Shown here: one piece after another, positions 21,392-30,526 of the stretch
How positions within the stretch are numbered: position 1 is the first letter of the stretch
Layout of the letters: each line of letters begins with the position of its first letter
Assembly (NCBI GenBank): GCA_963921275.4
Contig: OZ001293.3
Location: 576,001-640,000, forward strand
DNA from: an uncultured Hormoscilla sp.
GTDB taxonomy: Bacteria > Cyanobacteriota > Cyanobacteriia > Cyanobacteriales > Desertifilaceae
Direction: 5' to 3'
Length of the DNA stretch: 64,000 bases
The notes under the pieces: generated by a model
Told to the model about the DNA's origin: nothing
Seen by the model: the letters and a program-made list of their open reading frames with translations, nothing else
The model's database searches: none
Program-made: the position numbers and the translations under genes

Positions 21392-24166
21392 CTATAGTTC
21401 CCACAACAGCATTACATCACCCCCAGATAACAGAAACTTACCATCGGGACTGAATGCTACACAGGTCACCCAGTCTGTATGTCCCTGAAGTAGTCGCAGT
21501 TCTCTGCCACTCGCCACATCCCACAACCGCACGGTTTTATCCCAACTCCCAGAGGCCACTGTCGTGCCATCGGGACTGAAGGCTACACTTTCCACATAGG
21601 ATGTATGTCCCTGAAGTAGTCGCAGTTCTTTGCCACTCGCCACATCCCACAACCGCACGGTTTTATCATTATTCCCAGAGGCCACTGTCCTGCCATCGGG
21701 ACTGAATGCTACACTTAACACAGAGTCTGTATGTCCCTGAAGTTGTCGAAGTAAACTGCCACTCGCCACATCCCACAACCGCACGGTATTATCCCAACTC
21801 CCAGAGGCCACTGTCCTGCCATCGGGACTGAATGCTACACTGAACACATAGGATGTATGTCCCTGAAGTAGTCGCAGTTCTTTGCCACTCGCCACATCCC
21901 ACAACCGCACGGTTTTATCCCAACCCCCAGAGGCCACTGTCCTGCCATCGGGACTGAAGGCTACACTCCACACAAAGAATGTATGTCCCTGAAGTAGTCG
22001 CAGTTCTTTGCCACTCGCCACATCCCACAACCGCACGGTATCATCCTCACTCCCAGAGACAACTGTTCTGCCATCGGGACTGAATGCTACACTTAACACA
22101 GAGTCTGTATGTCCCTGAAGTTGTCGAAGTAAACTGCCACTCGCCACATCCCACAACCGCACGGTATTATCCCTACCCCCAGAGGCCACTGTCCTGCCAT
22201 CGGGACTGAAGGCTACACTTAACACAGAGTCTGTATGTCCCTGAAGTAGTCCCAGTTCTCTGCCACTCGCCACATCCCACAACCGCACGGTTTTATCCGA
22301 ACTTCCAGAGGCCACTGTCCTGCCATCGAGACTGAAGGCTACACAGGTCACCCAGTCTGTATGTCCCTGAAGTAGTCGCAGTTCTCTGCCACTCGCCACA
22401 TCCCACAACCGCACGGTATCATCCCAACTCCCAGAGGCCACTGTCCTGCCATCGGGACTGAAGGCTACACTGTCCACAGAAAATGTATGTCCCTGAAGTA
22501 GTCGCAGTTCTCTGCCACTCGCCACATCCCACAACCGCACGGTATTATCCCTACCCCCAGAGGCCACTGTCCTGCCATCGGGACTGAAAGCTACACTGTT
22601 CACAAGGGATGTATGTCCCTGAAGTTGTCGCAGTTCACTGCCACTCGCCACATCCCACAACCGCACGGTATTATCCCTACCCCCAGAGGCCACTGTCCTG
22701 CCATCGGGACTGAAGGCTACACTGGACACAAGGTCTGTATGTCCCTGAAGTTGTCGCAGTTCTCTGCCACTTGCCACATCCCACAACCGCACGGTATTAT
22801 CCCTACTCCCAGAGGCCACTGTCCTGCCATCGGGACTGAAGGCTACACTGGACACATAGGATGTATGTCCCTGAAGTTGTCGCAGGAAATTCCCCGTAGT
22901 TAAATCCCATAAATAGATATCTCGCTGGCTTCCCAAAGCTAGCAGCTTACCATCAGCACTGACAGCGCTGCAGTAGGCAAGAGGACAGTCTATCTCCCAC
23001 AGCGCCTCGCCACTACTAAGATCGAACAATGCTGCGCCACCCGTAGCACAGACTACTACTAACTCATCATTCAGATAAATCACATCCGTGATACTTCCGC
23101 GCCCCAGTCGCCGCACCATCCCCTGTGCTTTCAGTTTTGACAAGACAAAATAGCCTCGCAATGTTCTTACATCCCCAGAAAAAGACACCCTCGGCGGTGG
23201 CGAAGGTATTGTTGGCGCAGGCGAAGGTCCAGACTTCCCAGACACCGCATCACCCCACCATTGCCCCACGCTGCTAGGGCGTTCTTCCTTCTCCAAAGGC
23301 AAGGCTTTTTCCACCAAACTCTGCCAGGGTTCTGCCAAAGAAGGTTCCCAGTTTGTCCCCATCATCCGACTCAATGCTGGTTCCGGCAGCGTCCCCGCAA
23401 TCATTTCATGCAGCATCATCCCCAATTCAAAAATATCGCTTTCCGCCCCCACAGACTTTCTGGCAATTATTTCCGGTGGCGCATAGGTCTCGGTAAACGC
23501 CCGCGTACTCTGAGTGCGAGTCATACCCGTCCCTTGCTTCGCCGCCCCGAAGTCTATCAAAACCACCCGTCCTGCCGGAGTCAGCAAGATATTGTCGGGC
23601 TTCAGGTCCAGATGATAGACTTCCGCTTGGTGAGCAATTTCTAAAGCATCCACCAGGGGTTCCATAATTTCCGCCACCCTTGTCGGGGGCAAAAGCTTGT
23701 CAGGTTGGGCGTCTAAGACTTGCCGCAGGGTCTCCCCGGCTATTAATTCCATCACCAGATAAGCAGTGCCCCGTTCCGTGAATAAATCTTGCACCCGTAC
23801 TAAGCTAGGATGGTTGAATCGCGCCAACATCCGCCCTTTCCGCTTGAACCGGTCTAACCAACCTTGGAATATATCGGCTTGGTTTTGGGGGACGGTAAGG
23901 TTCCCTGTAGAAATGTGGCGATGGACAAGTTTTTGGGGGTAATATTCCTTGATCGCAACGGGTTGTTCTAAAATAAGGTGACAGGCGCGGTAGGTGATGC
24001 CAAACCCACCCCGACCTAAAGCATACTCGATCTCATAAGTATCCTTGTCCAAGCCGGTGCCTGGAAAGAGTACGTCTCGCAGCAGGGTCGGCAAATGGAT
24101 GCCGCATTCCGTGCAGTATTCAACGTTGGACGGGATCTTATATAGGTGGCAGTTGAGACAACGCAT
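21392..24166 (-). CDS. Ser/Thr kinase with a C-terminal WD40 propeller
   Basis: N-terminal Zn-ribbon, LGRGGFG, HLDLKPDN and DFG, followed by 12 GH...WD repeats. Confidence 0.95.
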   Translation of the reverse strand: MRCLNCHLYKIPSNVEYCTECGIHLPTLLRDVLFPGTGLDKDTYEIEYALGRGGFGITYRACHLILEQPVAIKEYYPQKLVHRHISTGNLTVPQNQADIFQGWLDRFKRKGRMLARFNHPSLVRVQDLFTERGTAYLVMELIAGETLRQVLDAQPDKLLPPTRVAEIMEPLVDALEIAHQAEVYHLDLKPDNILLTPAGRVVLIDFGAAKQGTGMTRTQSTRAFTETYAPPEIIARKSVGAESDIFELGMMLHEMIAGTLPEPALSRMMGTNWEPSLAEPWQSLVEKALPLEKEERPSSVGQWWGDAVSGKSGPSPAPTIPSPPPRVSFSGDVRTLRGYFVLSKLKAQGMVRRLGRGSITDVIYLNDELVVVCATGGAALFDLSSGEALWEIDCPLAYCSAVSADGKLLALGSQRDIYLWDLTTGNFLRQLQGHTSYVSSVAFSPDGRTVASGSRDNTVRLWDVASGRELRQLQGHTDLVSSVAFSPDGRTVASGGRDNTVRLWDVASGSELRQLQGHTSLVNSVAFSPDGRTVASGGRDNTVRLWDVASGRELRLLQGHTFSVDSVAFSPDGRTVASGSWDDTVRLWDVASGRELRLLQGHTDWVTCVAFSLDGRTVASGSSDKTVRLWDVASGRELGLLQGHTDSVLSVAFSPDGRTVASGGRDNTVRLWDVASGSLLRQLQGHTDSVLSVAFSPDGRTVVSGSEDDTVRLWDVASGKELRLLQGHTFFVWSVAFSPDGRTVASGGWDKTVRLWDVASGKELRLLQGHTSYVFSVAFSPDGRTVASGSWDNTVRLWDVASGSLLRQLQGHTDSVLSVAFSPDGRTVASGNNDKTVRLWDVASGKELRLLQGHTSYVESVAFSPDGTTVASGSWDKTVRLWDVASGRELRLLQGHTDWVTCVAFSPDGKFLLSGGDVMLLWEL
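21430..22880 (-). repeat. 126-bp near-identical WD40-coding tandem repeats (12 units)
   Basis: Recurring gccactcgccacatcccacaaccgcacgg...tgtatgtccctgaag. Confidence 0.95.
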
Positions 24167-24369
24167 AGCTGTAGTGTAGGTTAGTAACCGGTTCTATTCT
24201 TCACCATTATATTGTATGGAGTCTTTTTCGACAACCCGCCTTCCCAGTCTCCCGGCAAGTGGTCAGAACTAGGTAATTTTTCCTAGCGGTACTAGTACTG
24301 CACTTTTTATACATCGAAGCCGACTCTGGGCTTTTTCTTTAAATGGCGTTGATAGAAATATTTTATCCG

Positions 24370-24605
24370 GAAATGACTTGCTCATTTTCAAGAGTGACTC
24401 AGTCATTCCCGGGAAAAATAATTTATTTCCAGAACTAACTATTTATTTCCTGGAGTGACTGAGTCATTCCACTGAGTCCGAAAGTCATTCGGTGGCGGCA
24501 AAAGGTTACTCCTTGGTGGACGTCAGCACCGCTTTGGCCGGAGTAAGCACCGCCTTAGCGGGGGTAAGCACCTCTTTGGCGGGAGTAAGCGCCTTGGCCG
24601 GGGTA
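24370..24605. repeat. Degenerate ~21-bp tandem repeats
   Basis: gagtgact.agtcattcc units, then about four gtaagcaccgc.ttggc.gg units. Confidence 0.6.
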
Positions 24606-24679
24606 AAATCGCCGAAAAAAAACGGAGAAATATTTCGCAGCATCATGCTTGCCATGTGATATTATATTGGACAGCCGCT

Positions 24680-25312
24680 TTATTGAAGAGATCGCAACTG
24701 CTGCCAACGCTGCTGAACCTGGGCGATCGTAAACACAGCCTGAAACTGCAACCCATCTGACTGATAAAGTTCAGCCCCCCCCTGCTGTCTGTCTATCAGG
24801 GCAATTACCTGGTCTACAATGTAACTGGCATGACGCAGTCGTTCAACGGCTTTCATAGCAGATTGTCCAGTAGTAACAACATCTTCTAATACTACTACTT
24901 TCGCTCCAGGGGGCAGATGGGGTCCTTCGATATAGGCCATCGTGCCATGTCCCTTAGCCTCTTTTCTGACAATTAGGGCCGGTATTGGCTGGTTTTTATA
25001 GGCAGAAACAACGCTGACTGCCGTGACGATCGGGTCAGCACCCAGAGTCAATCCCGCCACAGCTTGGGTAGTCCCCGGCAACATGGATAACAACAACCGT
25101 CCAACAGCCAACGCCCCTTGGGGGTGCAGAGTTACCTGCTTACCGTTGATGTAATAACTACTACGCAGTCCCGAAGAAAGGACAAAGTCTCCTTCTCGAT
25201 AAGCCAGCTGGCAGCATAAATCTAGCAGCAGCAAGCGTAAGTCCAGTAGATCTGTAGTAGCTAGTGATCCATTTTTGGGAACCTGATAAAGAATTTTAGA
25301 AGTTATAGCCAT
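24680..25312 (-). CDS. pyrE: Orotate phosphoribosyltransferase
   Basis: FVLSSG, VRKEAKGHG and VLEDVVTTG. Confidence 0.95.
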   Translation of the reverse strand: MAITSKILYQVPKNGSLATTDLLDLRLLLLDLCCQLAYREGDFVLSSGLRSSYYINGKQVTLHPQGALAVGRLLLSMLPGTTQAVAGLTLGADPIVTAVSVVSAYKNQPIPALIVRKEAKGHGTMAYIEGPHLPPGAKVVVLEDVVTTGQSAMKAVERLRHASYIVDQVIALIDRQQGGAELYQSDGLQFQAVFTIAQVQQRWQQLRSLQ

Positions 25313-25409
25313 GAGCTTAATGCTGAGTGTGGTAGATATAATAGTACGTCAGAGCAGAGCACAAACATAATGTAGCTCAAGTTTAGCCATAATTGATAAA
25401 TCAATAATA

Positions 25410-26339
25410 ATGCGCTATACTATTGAGAGTCGATTTCAAGGAACCTTCCTAGGGGCAGCTGTCGGAGAGATGTTGAGCAACTTCTACACTGGCCGCTCTT
25501 GGCACCAGGTCAGTCTCAACTGGTGGGATTTAAATATCGATGAAGGCCAACAAGACCAGTTGTTACCTGGATGGGGAAGCCAGGCTGTGAGTGGGTGCAA
25601 AAGCTTGATTGCCTATGGTCGGGTAGAGGGAAATAAGGTGGTGGATAATGAAGCTACGGCCAATGTTCTACCAGTCGCCCTATTTTTTCACGAAGATGCC
25701 GCCAAACTGCGCCGGAGGCTCAATCAACTTGCGGCCAGCAGTAAAGAGACAAAAGATGGCTCACTGGCAATTGGCTATTGCTTATTGCAAATAGCCCAAG
25801 AAAAGCTCGACCCCTCTACGATCGTTCCTCAAATCATAGCTTATCTCCAGTCGGACGGGGCGATCGCCTCATCACTGGCGCAAGTGCAAACCTTGCTAGA
25901 GATGGGGGCTAGTCTAGAAACAACCAGTTATATGCTCTCAAATAGTATCGGACTAGCGTTATACTGCTTTCTGAGTACTCCAGAAGATTTTCGTCTCTCC
26001 GTTATGCGAGCCTTGAGGATTGCTAGAGTCCAACCACAACTGGTCGCATCTCTGACTGGGGCAATGTCAGGAGCCTATAATAGTCTTGCGGGTATCCCAG
26101 TCTCATGGCGCATCGCTATAAAACGCCCTCTGACTGCTGAGAAGTTCCTTCTTCCTTGCTGGGGCGTCACCTCAGCTGCGGAAATTGTCCAACTAGCTAC
26201 TAACTTATTCGCAGCTTGGTCAGGTGCCTTATTGCCAACCCATCTGAGCACTAAATCACCTCAAAAATATGCTGTTGCTGCACCTCAGGTAATGCGCCCT
26301 CACGGCTCGACGGACCAGATAAGTAGTATAACCTCCTAG
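25410..26339 (+). CDS. ADP-ribosylglycohydrolase family protein (degenerate active site)
   Basis: RFQGTFLGAAVGE and LTGAMSGAYNSLAGIP. Confidence 0.75.
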   Translation: MRYTIESRFQGTFLGAAVGEMLSNFYTGRSWHQVSLNWWDLNIDEGQQDQLLPGWGSQAVSGCKSLIAYGRVEGNKVVDNEATANVLPVALFFHEDAAKLRRRLNQLAASSKETKDGSLAIGYCLLQIAQEKLDPSTIVPQIIAYLQSDGAIASSLAQVQTLLEMGASLETTSYMLSNSIGLALYCFLSTPEDFRLSVMRALRIARVQPQLVASLTGAMSGAYNSLAGIPVSWRIAIKRPLTAEKFLLPCWGVTSAAEIVQLATNLFAAWSGALLPTHLSTKSPQKYAVAAPQVMRPHGSTDQISSITS

Positions 26340-26744
26340 GAGGTCAACTCTCAAGATATGTTAGGTTAGAGGAAATGCTCAATCCCCGATAGCCACGATC
26401 AGCCTAAAATAGGAGAAGGGCCAGGGCAGACCAAAGGCATCATCGTTCATCATAGTGAGGGGTCAGATACTATGTAAATTGACGCGCTAGCATTAGTCAT
26501 TGTTAAGTAAAAGGAGGATTGGGTAAATGGCAAGAAATGACAATCAGTAGCTCCTCTCTCGGCTCAGGGCGGTCAGCTATGATAAAAAGTTGATACATGT
26601 GGTATTTGCTGTTGCGCAGTAGCTCACCAAATCTCAAAGCTCAAATCCTTCGAACGGCAAAGGATATCCCGGAGGCGTAGTCAGGAAGGTTTGATGGTGA
26701 AAAATGCTAAAATAAAGGGTTGCGGCTGTTAAATGGGTGCTAAA

Positions 26745-29276
26745 ATGAAAACAATTCAGGATTTGACACGCCAGGTAGATCGGTGGTGGCGAGTGTACTT
26801 CACGGAAGCCCCGCGATCGCGCCAACCAGTGCGAAATAAGCTGTGCTCTAAGAAGAGTAAAGTGCCAGGGACTGGAAAAGAAAACAAAAAACAAACCAGA
26901 AGCAAAAAAAAAGCCCATCCAGGGGCAGTATTGGTGCTAGCAGTGGTGTCGCTGACGAGTACAATAGGCTACCGCTTATACAACGCCCCGAAACTATCGT
27001 CGGAAACGATCGCCCCAGAGACGATATCGGCTCCCTACACGGCGGAGATACCCGATCGCCAAGCTACGGAAGCAAAGCGCCAGCGAGAGCGTACAGGTGC
27101 CATCCCGGTCTTGATGATCGATGAAGTGGTAAATAAACAGGTTTACCAGAAGGTAGAGGAAATTCTGGACCAGGGAAATGAACTGCGACGGCAGGCAGGT
27201 GAATTTCCCTTCGTGGGGCCAGAGTTGCTCTCGTTCGACACCCAGCAGCACCTTCGTCAAGCCCAGGAGTGGGAGTGGCGTATGGTACTGCAAGGGGTAA
27301 ATAAAGCCCCGACAGAAGAGGAATCGCAAGAGTCGGCGACCTTGTCCCCAGAGGCAGTAGCAGCTAATAATAGCCAAGCAGCAACAGATGAGAAAATATC
27401 ACGCACAGAGCAAGATCAAGCGATATTTGAACTGCGATCGATCGAGCAGTCGGAAAAGTCGGAAAAGTTAAAAGCATTGCTTGACCAGATAGCCCAAGTG
27501 CGTCAGGGTTACGCGCAAGCATTAAACGAGATTAAAGCGCTCCAGGTAAAAGATCGAGCAACAATATACGATGTTAAACTGCTGGAGATGTCCGATGCAA
27601 CTTGGGACCAAACAGTTAAAGGCATCCAGGAAAGCACAAGGAGGATGATGGCGCAAGGGATCCCCAGAGGATTGTCCGATAATCTGCTCAGAAAGGCGAT
27701 CGCGTTACATGTGTCCGGTTCAGTGCCAGAGTCCACAGCAGCTTTGGCGATGAAACTGCTGCCGAGGGTGCTAAAAGCAAATCTGATTGAAGATGCTGAA
27801 AAAACCAGGCTACAAGCAGAACATGCAGCTTTATCTGTCGAAACAGTGGTGATATCAGTCCTGGAAGGTGAGGTGATTGTGGAGGCGGGCGATCGCATCA
27901 CCAGACCAGAATTTGTGGCGATCGATTATTTTGGCTTGTCTCAGCGGCAGGTAAACTGGAAAGGGTTGCTGGGGTTTGGCATGCTGGTAAGTGGGGCGAT
28001 CGGGGTATTTTGGGTGATGGAACGAAAGTTTCACCCGGGAATGCGCCAGCGAGACCAGCTATTAGTGTTGTTACTGACTCTGACTGCGCCATTGCTGGTA
28101 GTTTTAAATTTGAATGCTGCTAGCTTGCCAGTAATAGGGCTGTTGATGGGCAGTTTTTATGGTTCAGCCCTGGGGGTGACAGTAGTCGGACTGCTGAGTT
28201 TTGTATTGCCGATCGGCATGGAAATAATTAGCCTGAGTGATTGGCTAGCGAGTGTCGCCGGGGGGATACTGGGGGGTTTGATGGCCGGGAGAATGCGATC
28301 GCGAGAGGAATTTGCACTGTTAGGGGTAGCAGTGGGATTGACTCAGGGAGTTGTCTATCTGACGGTCACCCTCATTATCAGCGCCGCAGCTTCTGTAGTC
28401 TGGCCGCCGTTGCTAGTTGCTGCTGGGATCCGCAGTCTGGGAGGCTTAGCCTGTAGCATTATCGCACTGGGTTTGAGTCCTTATTTGGAACATGTGTTCG
28501 ATTTAGTTACCCCGGTGCGTTTGGCAGAGTTAGCGAATCCGAACCGCCCCTTGTTGCAGCGCCTGGCCTCGGAAGCCCCAGGAACATTTCAACACACCAT
28601 GTTTGTGGCGACTCTGGCGGAAGCAGCAGCCCGAGTTTTGGGTTGCAATGTGGAATTAGTGCGGGCGGGGACTTTGTATCATGATATCGGCAAGATGCAC
28701 GACCCGTTGGGGTTCATTGAAAATCAAATGGGCGGTCCGAATAAGCATGATGAGATTAAAGACCCCTGGAAGAGTGTAGAGATTATCAAAAAGCATGTCA
28801 GTGAAGGATTGGTAATGGCTCGCAAGTATCGGTTGCCTAAGTCCATTGAGGGGTTTATTCCAGAACATCAGGGAACGATGCTGATTGCCTATTTCTACTA
28901 TCAGGCGAAGCAGATGGCAGAAATTGACCCTAGTATAGTGGTGCGGGAGTCGGATTTCCGCTACGATGGTCCGATTTCCCAGTCCCGAGAAACGGGGATT
29001 TTGATGCTGGCTGATTCCTGTGAGGCCGCCCTGCGATCACTCAAGGATGCGACCTATCAGGAGGCGCTGGGAATGGTGAATAAAATCCTCAAAGCGCGTT
29101 GGCAAGACAATCAGTTGGTAGATTCAGGGTTAAAGCGAGAGGAAATGCCGATAATTGCGGATATTTTCGTGCGGGTCTGGGAACAGTTCAATCACAAACG
29201 CATTGCCTATCCGAAAGGGGCACTAAATTCTTCCCTCTCTAAAGAGAAGAACCGCGAACCTGTCTGTTCTAAGTAA
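26745..29276 (+). CDS. 7TM-HD (HDIG) phosphohydrolase, PgpH-like
   Basis: APGTFQH, YHDIGK, EHQGT and LADSCEAA, with a block of transmembrane helices. Confidence 0.9.
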   Translation: MKTIQDLTRQVDRWWRVYFTEAPRSRQPVRNKLCSKKSKVPGTGKENKKQTRSKKKAHPGAVLVLAVVSLTSTIGYRLYNAPKLSSETIAPETISAPYTAEIPDRQATEAKRQRERTGAIPVLMIDEVVNKQVYQKVEEILDQGNELRRQAGEFPFVGPELLSFDTQQHLRQAQEWEWRMVLQGVNKAPTEEESQESATLSPEAVAANNSQAATDEKISRTEQDQAIFELRSIEQSEKSEKLKALLDQIAQVRQGYAQALNEIKALQVKDRATIYDVKLLEMSDATWDQTVKGIQESTRRMMAQGIPRGLSDNLLRKAIALHVSGSVPESTAALAMKLLPRVLKANLIEDAEKTRLQAEHAALSVETVVISVLEGEVIVEAGDRITRPEFVAIDYFGLSQRQVNWKGLLGFGMLVSGAIGVFWVMERKFHPGMRQRDQLLVLLLTLTAPLLVVLNLNAASLPVIGLLMGSFYGSALGVTVVGLLSFVLPIGMEIISLSDWLASVAGGILGGLMAGRMRSREEFALLGVAVGLTQGVVYLTVTLIISAAASVVWPPLLVAAGIRSLGGLACSIIALGLSPYLEHVFDLVTPVRLAELANPNRPLLQRLASEAPGTFQHTMFVATLAEAAARVLGCNVELVRAGTLYHDIGKMHDPLGFIENQMGGPNKHDEIKDPWKSVEIIKKHVSEGLVMARKYRLPKSIEGFIPEHQGTMLIAYFYYQAKQMAEIDPSIVVRESDFRYDGPISQSRETGILMLADSCEAALRSLKDATYQEALGMVNKILKARWQDNQLVDSGLKREEMPIIADIFVRVWEQFNHKRIAYPKGALNSSLSKEKNREPVCSK

Positions 29277-29659
29277 GGGTTCGTAATAAGCACGAAGCGT
29301 GCTTCCCAGGCGCGAAAGCGCCTATAATATCGGTCAAGTATTCTGAGAAACCGGGTTTCTACTTAGCTTTTCAACGATATATAAATGTTAGTTCTAGTGA
29401 CCAGGGTCTCCCTGGTCACTCCCGGTTGAGGCTCTTCCGGTGTCTCCCGGGAGCGCTACTCGCACTACCCGGGAGACACCGGCTCCTGGCCTACCGTTCC
29501 GGAAAAATCGGAGGGCGACTGTTTTTCCGCACTCACGAGAGTAATTACCGAGGCTGCTTTTCTCATTCACAGGAGGCAGCCGCTTCCCAGGACTGAGTAT
29601 TCCCAGGGAGACCCTGGGAACGAGGGTAACGAGGGTATGGTTCTACAGCGACCAAGCTC

Positions 29660-30070
29660 TAGTAGACCTTAATCATTAAAAACAGGATAAAGGCGTTTAA
29701 GTTTGGTTCTAGCAGAGCGCGGTGGTGAAGTGCCAAGAGATAGTTTTTCTTGTGGCGTTTCGTGCTCGTATTCCAGGCCGTCAGTTCGGATTGAAGAGTG
29801 GGAAGGTCCTCTATTCGCTGCGCGAGGCACTGGCCTGTAAGTGCGGCGAGTTCAATTTCGGCTATATTGAGCCAGGAACCCTGTTTGGGCGTATGATCGA
29901 TTTCCAGGCGGTTTACTCATACGTCTAGCTTCCTGTGGTGGAAAGGTTTTGTCCGTTCGTATTTCTCCGTTCGTATTTCTCTTCCAGAGAGCTTCAAATT
30001 ACCACATAGCAAGGGTTATAGCGTTGTTGGCTAAAATTTCAAATCTAAAAATAATTATGCCCTGCTGCTT
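29660..30070 (-). mobile_element. IS630-family remnant
   Basis: The minus strand encodes GSWLNIAEIELAALTGQCLARRI. The segment 29990-30070 is also present at about 1133-1213. Confidence 0.65.
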
Positions 30071-30526
30071 ATAGTGGTTTTCATCTGAGTGGAGTACATC
30101 TATATATTATTCACCGGTGAGCTAATGAGCTAATGTGCCTCTGTACCTCATCGAAATGTCAACCGTCTCATGTCAAGCACAATAAAGCAATACCAGCTGC
30201 TATCCTCATCACTGGTCTCGGTCCAAGTTGTCGATAAGTTGTCGGAGAGAGGAAACCCGAACTGCGCGTTCCCAAGGCTACAGCGGGTAAGGAATGAGGA
30301 TTTAATAACCTGTCAAATTCCTCTAAAATGATCCTGTGACAAAACTTTATGGCTTCTCGGATGAGCATCTTGTTTAATCCTCGTTCCCAAATGTTTAACT
30401 TTTTTTCTCTTAAATATATTGTAGCAACATACACTAAATTGTTGTCATAAAAATTTACATAAATTTAAGAAATATTACATAATTATCTATTATAGAATGT
30501 TAGCTAAAGCATAAATCAGCCTGATA

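Noticed and set aside
21430..22880. DGR variable/template repeat pair in the WD40 gene
   Set aside because: Variation is not adenine-specific and no non-coding template copy is visible.
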